Shown one piece after another: positions 55,785-64,000 of a stretch of DNA of 64,000 nt. Source of the DNA: Lachnospiraceae bacterium (GTDB lineage: Bacteria > Bacillota > Clostridia > Lachnospirales > Lachnospiraceae); the NCBI GenBank assembly GCA_024690825.1, contig JAILOK010000027.1, positions 15,377-79,376 of the forward strand, given 5' to 3'. Under the pieces are notes generated by a model that saw only the letters and a list, made by a program, of their open reading frames with translations, searched no databases and was not told the origin of the DNA. A program made the position numbers and the translations under genes. Every line of letters starts with the position of its first letter. Positions within the stretch are counted from its first letter, which is position 1.

Positions 55785-57295
55785 TTTTTCTCTTCACCTC
55801 CCGCTATTGTACTCATAATCTTATTCTGTGTCAGGTCGTCACCGGTAAGCTCTCCGACGACCTTTCTGTCTCTCATTACGATGAGCCTTGAGCAGGTTCT
55901 GAGCATCTCGTCCGTTTCCGATGAGATGAAGGTGATGCTCATTCCCTCGCTTGCAAGCTTTAACACGAGCTTCTGGATATCCACCTTGGTTCCGATGTCT
56001 ATTCCTCTCGTGGGCTCGTCAAGAATGAGATAATCGGGATGTGTCAGAAGCCAGCGGGCAAGTATGACCTTCTGCTGGTTTCCTCCCGACAGTGATTTGA
56101 TCGGGGTATCGGATGAAGCTGTCTTGATTGAAAGAGTCTTGATGTATTCATCCGCAAACGCATTAGCTTCGGCTTTTGAGAAGGGTCTGAAGAATCCTCT
56201 CATTACCTGGAGCGCAAGTATTATATTCTCCTTTACGGATAGATCTCCGACTATGCCGTCTATCTTCCTGTCCTCGGGGAGATAGCCGATGCCGTTCTTC
56301 ATGGCATCTATGGGCTTCTGTATCTTTATTGTCTTTCCGTTCTTTTTCATCGAGCCGGTTACAACTCTGTCCGCTCCGAAGATGGCTCTGACACATTCGC
56401 TTCGGCCCGAGCCCAGAAGTCCGGTAAATCCGTTTACTTCGCCCTTGCTGATGTGGAAATCGAAAGGCTTGATCCCTTCAGTGCTTGAAAGACCCTCTGC
56501 TTCAAAAAGAGGCTCTCCCTTTTTGTCGACCTTTGTTTCCGTCTCTTCTGTCTTTATATCAGAAAGATCGTCCAGCTCTTTTCCCAGCATCTTTGAAACG
56601 AGCTGCAGTCTGGGAAGATCCTTTATCTCGTATTCACCTACAAGTTTTCCGTCACGAAGCACCGTGATCCTGTCACATACCTCGTAAACCTGATCAAGGA
56701 AGTGGGTGACAAAGATGATGCCGACTCCTCTTTCCTTCAGTTCCCTCATCAGCTTGAAGAGCTTCTGGACTTCCTGATCATCAAGCGATGATGTGGGCTC
56801 GTCGAGTATCAGCACCTTGCAGTCCATATCTACCGCTCTTGCGATAGCTACCATCTGCTGTACCGCTATCGAACAGCTTCCGAGCTGCTGGGTTGCGCGC
56901 GCGGGTATGTCGAGGTTTTCCAGCATCTTTCTGGCACCCTCGTTCATTTTTTTCCAGTTCTGATAGATCTCATCCGAACGTCCGATGTACATATTCTCCG
57001 CCACGGACAGATTCGGACAAAGTGTTATTTCCTGATAAACGGTGCTTATTCCCATGTGCTGCGCATCCTGCGGTGAACGGATGGCCACTTCCTTATCATC
57101 CAGCCTGATGCTGCCTTCGTCTTTGGTATAAACACCTGTCAGCACCTTTATGAGCGTGGATTTTCCTGCTCCGTTCTCTCCCATCAGTGCATGGATCTCT
57201 CCCTTTCTCAGAGTGAAATCCACCTTGGAAAGCGCCTTTACTCCGGGAAACACCTTATCTATTCCCCTCATTGTAAGTAAAGTCTCTTTAGTCAT
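55781..57295 (-). CDS. Sugar ABC ATP-binding protein (two NBDs, CUT2 family)
   Basis: FPGVKAL, GENGAGKST, LILDEPT twice, LSGGNQQKV. True start MTKETL at 57295 after GGAGG; the ORF-track extension to 57526 crosses intergenic hairpins. Confidence 0.93.
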   Translation of the reverse strand: MTKETLLTMRGIDKVFPGVKALSKVDFTLRKGEIHALMGENGAGKSTLIKVLTGVYTKDEGSIRLDDKEVAIRSPQDAQHMGISTVYQEITLCPNLSVAENMYIGRSDEIYQNWKKMNEGARKMLENLDIPARATQQLGSCSIAVQQMVAIARAVDMDCKVLILDEPTSSLDDQEVQKLFKLMRELKERGVGIIFVTHFLDQVYEVCDRITVLRDGKLVGEYEIKDLPRLQLVSKMLGKELDDLSDIKTEETETKVDKKGEPLFEAEGLSSTEGIKPFDFHISKGEVNGFTGLLGSGRSECVRAIFGADRVVTGSMKKNGKTIKIQKPIDAMKNGIGYLPEDRKIDGIVGDLSVKENIILALQVMRGFFRPFSKAEANAFADEYIKTLSIKTASSDTPIKSLSGGNQQKVILARWLLTHPDYLILDEPTRGIDIGTKVDIQKLVLKLASEGMSITFISSETDEMLRTCSRLIVMRDRKVVGELTGDDLTQNKIMSTIAGGEEKK

Positions 57296-57335
57296 ATCCT
57301 GACCTCCAGTATTATCGAGATTCCTTATTCTCAAA

Positions 57336-57535
57336 AACGCGGCATAAGCATCTGCTTTTAAGTGACACTTATACCGCGTTCTTTGATTTACTAAACATGA
57401 TGTCCACGAATTGCTCCGCCGCTTCGCAGCTTTCGCAATTCTTAAAACACTCACAATCCGTGCTGTCGCACTACTTGTTCGTGTTTTACGGTTCTCAAGT
57501 TCCAAATCCTCTTTGCGCCAGCGCAATCGGATTTG
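57336..57535 (-). other. Four consecutive hairpins between the SBP and ATPase genes
   Basis: CAAATCC/GGATTTG (57503-35), TAAAACAC/GTGTTTTA (57443-88), GAATTGC/GCAATTC (57408-41), and a 13-bp stem at 57336-80 followed by a T run on the minus strand. Confidence 0.65.
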
Positions 57536-57554
57536 TCACTCTCGCACCTGGCTA

Positions 57555-58634
57555 TCAAATGCCGTAGCTGTCAACATCTTCCTGTGTGATCTTTGTTGCG
57601 TCAAATCCCTTCTCATCCATGATGATGGTCTTCTCTGCTACAGTTCCGCCGCTCTCAAGAGTCTTGATAACGTCGTTGATGTAAGATGACTGGAAAGGAT
57701 TGCACTGTCCGTCATAGTTCCAGTTTCCTGCAAGGAGCTCTTCAAGTGCCCACTTGTTGCAGTCAAAGCCCATTACGATAACGTCTTTGCCTACGCCGTG
57801 AGAGATGTTAGCCTTGTCAAGTGCTGCAACGGCACCCTTAGCCATATCGTCGTTCTCTGCATAGATTACGTTGAACTTTGTTCCTGCGTCGATAACTGAC
57901 TGAACGATCTGCTGTGCATTCTCTGCATTCCACTCAGCTGTCTGCTGTGTAACGATGTTCCAGTTGCTTTCTGCTGCAACCTTTGCATCAAGAGCGCCTG
58001 AACGGCCCTTCTGAGCTGCTGAACCCATAACACCCTGGATGTGGATTACATTGTACTCATCAAGTCCCTGATCTGCAAGCCAGTTAACAGCGGTCTCGCC
58101 TTCCTTGTCCATATCGGAAACGATTGATGCTGCATAGAGGCTGGGATCTGCGTCGATTGTACGGTCGAAAAGGATAACCTGGATTCCTGCATCCTGTGCA
58201 TCCTGAAGAACTGAATCCCATCCTGATGTATCAGCTGCTGAAAGGAGAAGATAATCAACACCGTCCTGGATGAACTTCTGAGCTGCTGTGATCTGCTCAT
58301 CGTTCTTAAGGCTGTATGCGAATGATGCTTCGTATCCGTTTGCCTCTGTGAAGGTATTCTTCAGATCCTTGTCGTTAGCTGTACGATATCCGGACTCGTT
58401 GGGGTCGTTGTTGATGATACCAACCTTGATGAGGTCTCCGCTGCTCTCTGCTGCAGGTGCCTCTGCCTCTGCTGCGGGCTCCTCTGCCTCTGCTGCAGGT
58501 GCAGGCTCTTCTGCTGCGGGCTCCTCAGCTGCTGCGGGCTCTGCTGCCGGAGCGGGTGCTGCTGCTTCGCCGCAGGCCATGAGGCCAAATGCCATTGCTG
58601 ATGCAACCAATACTGCCAAAACTTTCTTCTTCAT
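57555..58634 (-). CDS. Sugar ABC substrate-binding lipoprotein (YtfQ-like) with A/E/P-rich linker
   Basis: Lipobox LMAC; NNDPNESGYR, ILFDR, YAENDDMAKG. Confidence 0.92.
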   Translation of the reverse strand: MKKKVLAVLVASAMAFGLMACGEAAAPAPAAEPAAAEEPAAEEPAPAAEAEEPAAEAEAPAAESSGDLIKVGIINNDPNESGYRTANDKDLKNTFTEANGYEASFAYSLKNDEQITAAQKFIQDGVDYLLLSAADTSGWDSVLQDAQDAGIQVILFDRTIDADPSLYAASIVSDMDKEGETAVNWLADQGLDEYNVIHIQGVMGSAAQKGRSGALDAKVAAESNWNIVTQQTAEWNAENAQQIVQSVIDAGTKFNVIYAENDDMAKGAVAALDKANISHGVGKDVIVMGFDCNKWALEELLAGNWNYDGQCNPFQSSYINDVIKTLESGGTVAEKTIIMDEKGFDATKITQEDVDSYGI

Positions 58635-58810
58635 AAGTAATCCTCCTAAATGAAAAGAATCTGTTTTTCAAAGGACCATTCCTTTGATGATCTTATCCTA
58701 ATCCATTCAGGTCAATAATTAAATTAACAAAAAAACTTATGGGGTTCAGATTTTTATCACGATGGGGATTTGGTTTAAGATTTCTACGATAACAGTTGAT
58801 ATTTTTATGT

Positions 58811-60286
58811 TCAGGGTTCGGCAGGGAGGAGAACCGTGACAGAAGTGCCCTCACCGTGGACGGAATCTATGTGGATGCCGTATCTGTCGCCGAATTTCAG
58901 CCTGATCCTTTCATTGACATTATAGAGCCCGAATATCTCCGCTTCCATGCGGTTTCCCGAAGGTTCGGATGCAGTTTCGGTCTTTTCGCCGGAATTTATC
59001 TTATTATTTATCTGGGTAAGCCTGTCAGGCGTCATGCCTATGCCGTCATCCTTCACGCACAGACAGATACAGTTTCCTTCTATCCTTCCGCTGATCATGA
59101 TACTCCCGCCGCCTCTTTTATTCTTGATGCCGTGATAAAGCGCGTTTTCCACCAGCGGCTGGAGTGTGATCTTCGGTATCCTGAAAATGTACAGGTCTTC
59201 GGGCACCTCAACCTTATAGGTAAGGATATCCTGATATCTCACCTGCTGGATCTGGAGATAGCTTATCACATGCTTCATCTCATCGCCTATGGATACGATG
59301 TCCCGGCCCTGTCCCAGGGAAGCCCTGAAAAATTCCGAAAGGCTTCCGACCATGCCGACGACCTTTTTCTGGTCGCCCGCCTCCGCAAGCCATATGATGG
59401 TGTCAAGCGTATTATAAAGGAAATGGGGATTGATCTGCGCCTGCAGAAGCTCAAGTTCGGCAACGCGCAGGTTTTCCTGCTCCTCTCTCACCTGGGTTAT
59501 CAGCATGTTGATGCGTTCGATCATCTCATCAAGCGAACGGCTTAAGACGCCAAGCTCCGCCCCTGTATCCAGATTTGCCCTGACGGAAAGATCCCCTCCC
59601 GCCACCTTTTCGGTAACCCTCGAAAGCTTCAGAACGGGGCTTGTGATGGATCGCGAAATTGCATAGGTTATGTAAACTATGAGCGCAAGGACCAGCGCAG
59701 CTGCCACAATGGAATAAGTGAAGGCCTGCGCGTATACACCGTTTACCTCTTCCCTGACCTCCTGCATGTCCTGTATCTCATAATAAATAAACTGTATTAT
59801 CGTCTCCCTGACCAGTCCGGTGACTATCTGTACATCGTTTTCCCATATCTCTATATTCTCTTCGTATCTGTCCCCGCCTTTCAGGTTGTCTCTTATTCTG
59901 TGGGTATAGGTCTTAAGATTGTTCAGGTATTTTCTGATATCTTCAAGCCTTCCGACATTGTCGCGGTCAAGGTTTTCGTCGTTGCCGAGCGAATCGACCA
60001 CGGCCATGGCCGTAGCAAGCAAATTTTCAAGTTCGGACTCTTCATAGGTCTTGCTTTCGACTATCACAAGATATGTCTCGTAATCAAAATCCTTTTTGAA
60101 ATCCAGACTGAACTGACTCGCCCTTCCCGCTGCCTCTATGATCTTATCATACTGCTTGTTCTGCCGTACCAAAGTTATGAGGCAGAAGATCATGAATGTG
60201 ACCAGGGGAAGTATGACGATGAGATATGAATATCTGATCTTTGAGGCCAACGGCATGTCGGCCCATTTTTTTCTCATTGAACTCAT
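58811..60286 (-). CDS. YesM/LytS-type sensor histidine kinase
   Basis: Two TMs, HAMP, QAQINPHFLYNTLD, LQPLVENALYHG, DDGIGM. Confidence 0.93.
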   Translation of the reverse strand: MSSMRKKWADMPLASKIRYSYLIVILPLVTFMIFCLITLVRQNKQYDKIIEAAGRASQFSLDFKKDFDYETYLVIVESKTYEESELENLLATAMAVVDSLGNDENLDRDNVGRLEDIRKYLNNLKTYTHRIRDNLKGGDRYEENIEIWENDVQIVTGLVRETIIQFIYYEIQDMQEVREEVNGVYAQAFTYSIVAAALVLALIVYITYAISRSITSPVLKLSRVTEKVAGGDLSVRANLDTGAELGVLSRSLDEMIERINMLITQVREEQENLRVAELELLQAQINPHFLYNTLDTIIWLAEAGDQKKVVGMVGSLSEFFRASLGQGRDIVSIGDEMKHVISYLQIQQVRYQDILTYKVEVPEDLYIFRIPKITLQPLVENALYHGIKNKRGGGSIMISGRIEGNCICLCVKDDGIGMTPDRLTQINNKINSGEKTETASEPSGNRMEAEIFGLYNVNERIRLKFGDRYGIHIDSVHGEGTSVTVLLPAEP

Positions 60287-60312
60287 GCTTTACGGTACCT
60301 TTTTGGCTGAGC

Positions 60313-61941
60313 CTATGCCTGACCGTGATCCGGACCGCCCTGTCCGTTTCGATACTGGGTCGGAGTCACGCCCTGTGTTCTTTTAAACAGGTAGGAAAAA
60401 TAATGCGGATCCTTGTAACCGACCTCATAGCTTATGTCCGAACCGCGCTTTGATGTACAGCGAAGCATCTCCTTTGCCTTGTTCATGCGGTAATCCGTCA
60501 GGTATTTTATGAAGGTCATGCCGGTCTGCGCCGAAAAGACCGCGCTTAAGTGGTTGGGCGAGAAATTTACATGGCTTGCAAGCTTGTTCAGTGAAAGCTC
60601 CTCATCCGAATAGTTTTCATCGATATATTTTTTAGCCTCGTCGATCACGCTCTTATTACGGTTTCCTGCGCCCGCGTCCCTTATATCCATAGCGGTCGCG
60701 GTAAGCTTTATAAAATAATCCCTGGTGCTGTCCTTGTCCCTGATATCTCCGGCGGCCATGTCAAAAGCCTGCGTTTCGCTCCTGTCTCCCCCGATCTCTT
60801 CAACGAAGGTGCTAACGGCAAAATAGTATTCCGTGGCAAGATATTGTCTGAACATGGCGGACTTTAAAGCCCCTTCGCCGAAACCTTCGATGAATTCATC
60901 CATGAAAAATTCCACTTCATCCTTCTGTCCGGTACGAAGGAATTCGATTATCCTGTTCCGGCTTATCTTATTGGGATCCACGCTGCTCAGGGAAAATGTT
61001 TCCTCCGCATTGTGTTCCGCCGGAGCAAAGATCCTTATCCCGCTCTTTTTTGTGAAAAACCTGTGCGCATAGGCCTGCGATGCCTGTCTGAAGCACTCCG
61101 GCAGTTCGGTAAGCCTTGCCACCGGTAGTCCGATCCCGCCGTGAAGAGCCACATGCTCATATTCCGAAACAAGCTCTTCTATCCGTGATGTGACATTTTC
61201 ACGGATCTTTTCTATCTCCTCCTTTGAATCGGCCCTGAACACTATCGCCTTTCCTTCTATGCTCCTGTCAAATACAAGCGCGTTTTCACTTTCGGCGATA
61301 TCCACGGCCTTCTCATATATGGAGACAACGCTTCCCGAATATTCCGTCTGGGAATGATGCCCGGAAATGACCTGAAACAGAAGGATGTTGTACTGCCCTG
61401 CAGAGATATCGATCCCCTGCTGCCTGGCAAGCTCTATGATCCCCGAAAGGCTCATGTCACCCGTGGCCATATGCCTGAAGAGATCCCTTCTCTCTTCCAT
61501 CCTGTTTTCCGCCATCTCGGCTATGTATTTTTCCTTCAGCTTGCGTTCCTGTTTCTTCTCCTCTATCCTTTCGGCAAGCGAGTTTATCTGGGAAAGAAGA
61601 TCTTCGCTGTTTATCGGTTTCGTGAGATAATGAGCCACTCCTATCGATATGGCCTGCTTGGCGTAATCAAATTCGGCATATCCCGAAAGGATCACTATTT
61701 CCATCCACGGAAATTCCTTTTTTATCAGACGCGAAAGTTCCAGTCCGTCCATGAAAGGCATCCTTATGTCCGTGATCACGATATCGGGCTTCAGCTTTTG
61801 TATCATGGGAAGCGCCAGTTCCCCGTCACCGGCCTCGCCGACGAATTCATAGCCGTTTCCTTCCCAGTCTATCTTATTCTTGATGCCTTCCCTCACCACA
61901 TATTCATCTTCTACAAGAAATACTTTTATCTTATTTTCCAT
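60313..61941 (-). CDS. YesN-type response regulator (receiver plus AraC HTH)
   Basis: VFLVEDE, ITDIRMPFMDG, YLTKP, C-terminal SPNHLS and GYKDPHYFS. Start MENK at 61941 overlaps the upstream stop. Confidence 0.93.
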   Translation of the reverse strand: MENKIKVFLVEDEYVVREGIKNKIDWEGNGYEFVGEAGDGELALPMIQKLKPDIVITDIRMPFMDGLELSRLIKKEFPWMEIVILSGYAEFDYAKQAISIGVAHYLTKPINSEDLLSQINSLAERIEEKKQERKLKEKYIAEMAENRMEERRDLFRHMATGDMSLSGIIELARQQGIDISAGQYNILLFQVISGHHSQTEYSGSVVSIYEKAVDIAESENALVFDRSIEGKAIVFRADSKEEIEKIRENVTSRIEELVSEYEHVALHGGIGLPVARLTELPECFRQASQAYAHRFFTKKSGIRIFAPAEHNAEETFSLSSVDPNKISRNRIIEFLRTGQKDEVEFFMDEFIEGFGEGALKSAMFRQYLATEYYFAVSTFVEEIGGDRSETQAFDMAAGDIRDKDSTRDYFIKLTATAMDIRDAGAGNRNKSVIDEAKKYIDENYSDEELSLNKLASHVNFSPNHLSAVFSAQTGMTFIKYLTDYRMNKAKEMLRCTSKRGSDISYEVGYKDPHYFSYLFKRTQGVTPTQYRNGQGGPDHGQA

Positions 61942-63307
61942 AATAAAGATCATTCTGAGCGCTGAAAACATTCTCCGTGCCGGATGACTGTTCCTCTTCT
62001 TCTCTTCTCCTGCGCTCTTCTTCCTCTTCTTCTCTTCTCCTGCGTTCTTCTTCCTCTTCTTCCTCTTCTTCCCTTCTCCTTCGCTCTTCCTCTTCTTCTC
62101 TTTTCCTCTGCTCTTCTTCCTCTTCTTCTTTTCTCCTCTGCTCTTCTTCCTCTTCTTCTTTTCTCCTCTGCTCCTCTTCCTCTTCTTCTCTTCTCCTCTG
62201 CTCCTCTTCCTCTTCTTCCCTGCGTCTGCGTTCCTCTTCCTCTGCCGCCGCGGGATCTATGACCGGCTGTTCCAAAGCAGGATCAGGCACCGTGATCTCG
62301 GGCATCGCAGGCACCTCCGGCACTGCCGCAGGAGCGGTTTGGGGAGCTGCGGGGATCTTGTTTTGCTGCTTCGGCTTCACATAATGGACCTTGTATTCAC
62401 CCTCATCCGAAACCCCCGGAACCGGATGTGTCACTATATAATCAAGGATGGTCCCGTATGCATAAGCGCTGTAATGCAGTCCGTCGCCTCCGTCATACTC
62501 GGCCTTGATCGATCCCTTGTCATTTTTAAGCACCGTATTCACATCAAGATAATGAATGTGTTTGTCTTCGGCAAGCTTCATCAGGAAGGTGTTGTATTTA
62601 TCTATCCATTCATTCCTGACCTTGCCCTGATAGACACCGTAGTCATCAACAGGCCATACGGACATGATAACTATATTGCTGTTTGGTGCCCATTCGATGA
62701 TCTTGTCCACAAGATCGGTATAGGTCTCCTTGTACCTGTCCTCCGGAATGCTGTCCATGCCGTTTACACCGTAACAGACATAGACCACATCCGCTTTCTT
62801 TTCTGCCAGGTACTGCTTTACCGTATAACTTTTTCCGGAATTCTGGGTGAAGGTGGCGGTTGCGGCATCCGTATGCATCAGTCCGACCTTGGCAAGGGCA
62901 TCCTCGTCGGATATGCATTTATAATTGACCATGCCGACTGTCCTTGAATCTCCTAAGAATACGCAGTTGTTCAGATATCCGAAGCCGTTATCCTCATCAT
63001 ATTCAAGGATGCACGGAGACTCCAGCACCTTGTCCTTTTCGGCGCTTTTTATCGAGTCATTTTCAACCTTGCCGCTTAAGGCCTTTTCTTCCTCCTCCGG
63101 CTCTTCCTCTTCCTCCTCTGCCGCAGGAAAGGTTATGATCTTTACCGGCATGCCGTCAAAGGGGGATTTTTTCTTTATCCCGAGGCGGTTTACGCAGACT
63201 GTCACTATCCCGACGATGATAACGATGGCCGCAGCCACTATCGCGACCGTCACCGGGTTCATCCTGCTCTTTATGAAACTGATGATCCTAAGAAAAAAAT
63301 CTTTCAT
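61931..63307 (-). CDS. Membrane-anchored SGNH/GDSL-family hydrolase with E/R-rich C-terminal tail
   Basis: N-terminal TM; FLGDSRT (block I), CYGVN (block III), GDGLH (block V). Start MKDFF at 63307. Confidence 0.85.
   Translation of the reverse strand: MKDFFLRIISFIKSRMNPVTVAIVAAAIVIIVGIVTVCVNRLGIKKKSPFDGMPVKIITFPAAEEEEEEPEEEEKALSGKVENDSIKSAEKDKVLESPCILEYDEDNGFGYLNNCVFLGDSRTVGMVNYKCISDEDALAKVGLMHTDAATATFTQNSGKSYTVKQYLAEKKADVVYVCYGVNGMDSIPEDRYKETYTDLVDKIIEWAPNSNIVIMSVWPVDDYGVYQGKVRNEWIDKYNTFLMKLAEDKHIHYLDVNTVLKNDKGSIKAEYDGGDGLHYSAYAYGTILDYIVTHPVPGVSDEGEYKVHYVKPKQQNKIPAAPQTAPAAVPEVPAMPEITVPDPALEQPVIDPAAAEEEERRRREEEEEEQRRREEEEEEQRRKEEEEEEQRRKEEEEEEQRKREEEEERRRREEEEEEEEERRRREEEEEERRRREEEEQSSGTENVFSAQNDLYYGK
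61988..62242 (-). repeat. Low-complexity ~30-bp coding repeat encoding (R/K)3-4 E4-9 Q units
   Basis: CTCTTC-rich tract on the plus strand; about 84 consecutive residues are only E, R, K or Q. Confidence 0.9.
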
Positions 63308-63332
63308 ACGCCATCCATTATACCACACAAAA

Positions 63333-63397
63333 TGTGACAGGGGGACGGTTCCGGTGACAACTTTTGTGACAGGGGGACGGTTCTACTGTCATCTTTT
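63333..63397. repeat. REP-like repeat, locus 7 (two direct half-sites)
   Basis: GTGACAGGGGGACGGTTCCGGTGACAACTTTTGTGACAGGGGGACGGTTCTACTGTCATC. Confidence 0.85.
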
Positions 63398-63625
63398 CCG
63401 AAGCAGACAGTCAGGAAAATGACCGATTCTGCTCCCTGTTAGCAGTTTATTCGTATTTATCGGAAAAACATCGTAAAGCATTGATGATTATGGTATCATA
63501 TAAACACGGCATCGACTATAAGCCTATACATTATGCGGCGCTGCTGCCGTGTTTATTCTTTTCGCTGTTCGAATACCGGCTATCGTATTCTGGCGGTTAT
63601 GATTTGGCTTTTTGGAGGTCAGGGC

Positions 63626-64000
63626 GTGAAAAAGGCCTTAATAATATCGTCAACGTGATCATTATTTTATCCATATTGATCTTCGTTGCGCTTTATTCCG
63701 GATATGAAAGCAAGGCTGCTTACAAGAGACAGATAGAGCATTTTGAAAACATCACGGTCACAATGGAACATGTGACAGAAAACTATCTGGAAGGCGAGTA
63801 GCGTATTTGTGATGTATGGGCGAATTATATCAACAATAAAAATATGACTATAGAAGAGGCGGCGGATTATATCCGTGCATCCCATGTTCTTGCAAGTACT
63901 TCGGCGCATCTTATTTTTCTCGAAACACTCACAGGCTTTTCTACATGTCCGAAACAGGGCACATCAGATGATTATGCCGTTTCTTATGAACGGGTGGATC
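63626..64000 (+). pseudogene. Probable disrupted membrane sensor gene; runs off the right edge
   Basis: GGAGG(63614-18)-7 nt-GTG(63626) is one base out of frame with the long frame (A5 where A6 would give MKKGLNNIVNVIIILSIL). In-frame TAG at 63799-63801, after which the frame stays open to the window end. Confidence 0.6.

Noticed and set aside
57296-57526. 77-codon N-terminal extension of the sugar ABC ATPase in the ORF track
   Set aside because: Crosses the hairpin element; a GGAGG-linked ATG at 57295 gives the normal N-terminus.
58741-58795. Response-regulator direct-repeat site (AGATTT...CGAT) upstream of the SBP gene
   Set aside because: The two copies have inconsistent internal spacing (30 vs 27 bp); plausible but not supportable by eye.
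11915-63397. GGGACGGTTC repeats as a CRISPR array
   Set aside because: Dispersed, mixed orientation, at most three units per locus, no unique equal-length spacers, and no cas genes recognised.
63500-63556. 12-bp inverted repeat ATAAACACGGCA/TGCCGTGTTTAT as a riboswitch or sRNA
   Set aside because: Single stem with a 33-nt loop and no recognised motif; not enough evidence to assign.
63799-63801. TAG-to-Gln recoding (alternative genetic code)
   Set aside because: TAG terminates intact genes in this window (hflK, the ABC exporter, GH16), so the standard code applies.

Overview
Bacterial chromosomal window, most consistent with a Lachnospiraceae/Butyrivibrio-like Firmicute (inferred from gene content, CGAAC-N4-GTTCG SOS boxes and a CIRCE element). 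About 45 genes, mostly on the minus strand. In order: prfC (partial), deoB, an orphan ASKHA/RACo activator, ppdK, a VTC-DUF4956-CotH cassette, an SOS-boxed Y-family polymerase with a short YolD-like gene, hflKC, an ABC exporter, trpEG, apt, a surface-glycosylation region (GT-C-like protein, YdjC deacetylase, GT2), panE, rho, an acyltransferase and a 1511-aa surface protein. These are followed by a 2-aminoethylphosphonate biosynthesis/tailoring cluster ending in a YidC-sulfatase fusion, htpG with CIRCE, a putative conflict module (AAA ATPase, WYL regulator, metallophosphoesterase, HD-domain protein) with two near-identical dyad operators, a GH16/sugar-ABC/two-component locus, an SGNH protein with an E/R-rich tail, and a probable pseudogene at the right edge. 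No rRNA, tRNA, CRISPR array or transposase gene was recognised. Non-coding structure is rich: seven loci of a GGGACGGTTC REP-like family (one in frame inside a gene), two related 190-210 bp rod palindromes bracketing the SOS polymerase operon, and a 14-bp tandem array. Domain calls come from motif recognition by eye, not database searches.
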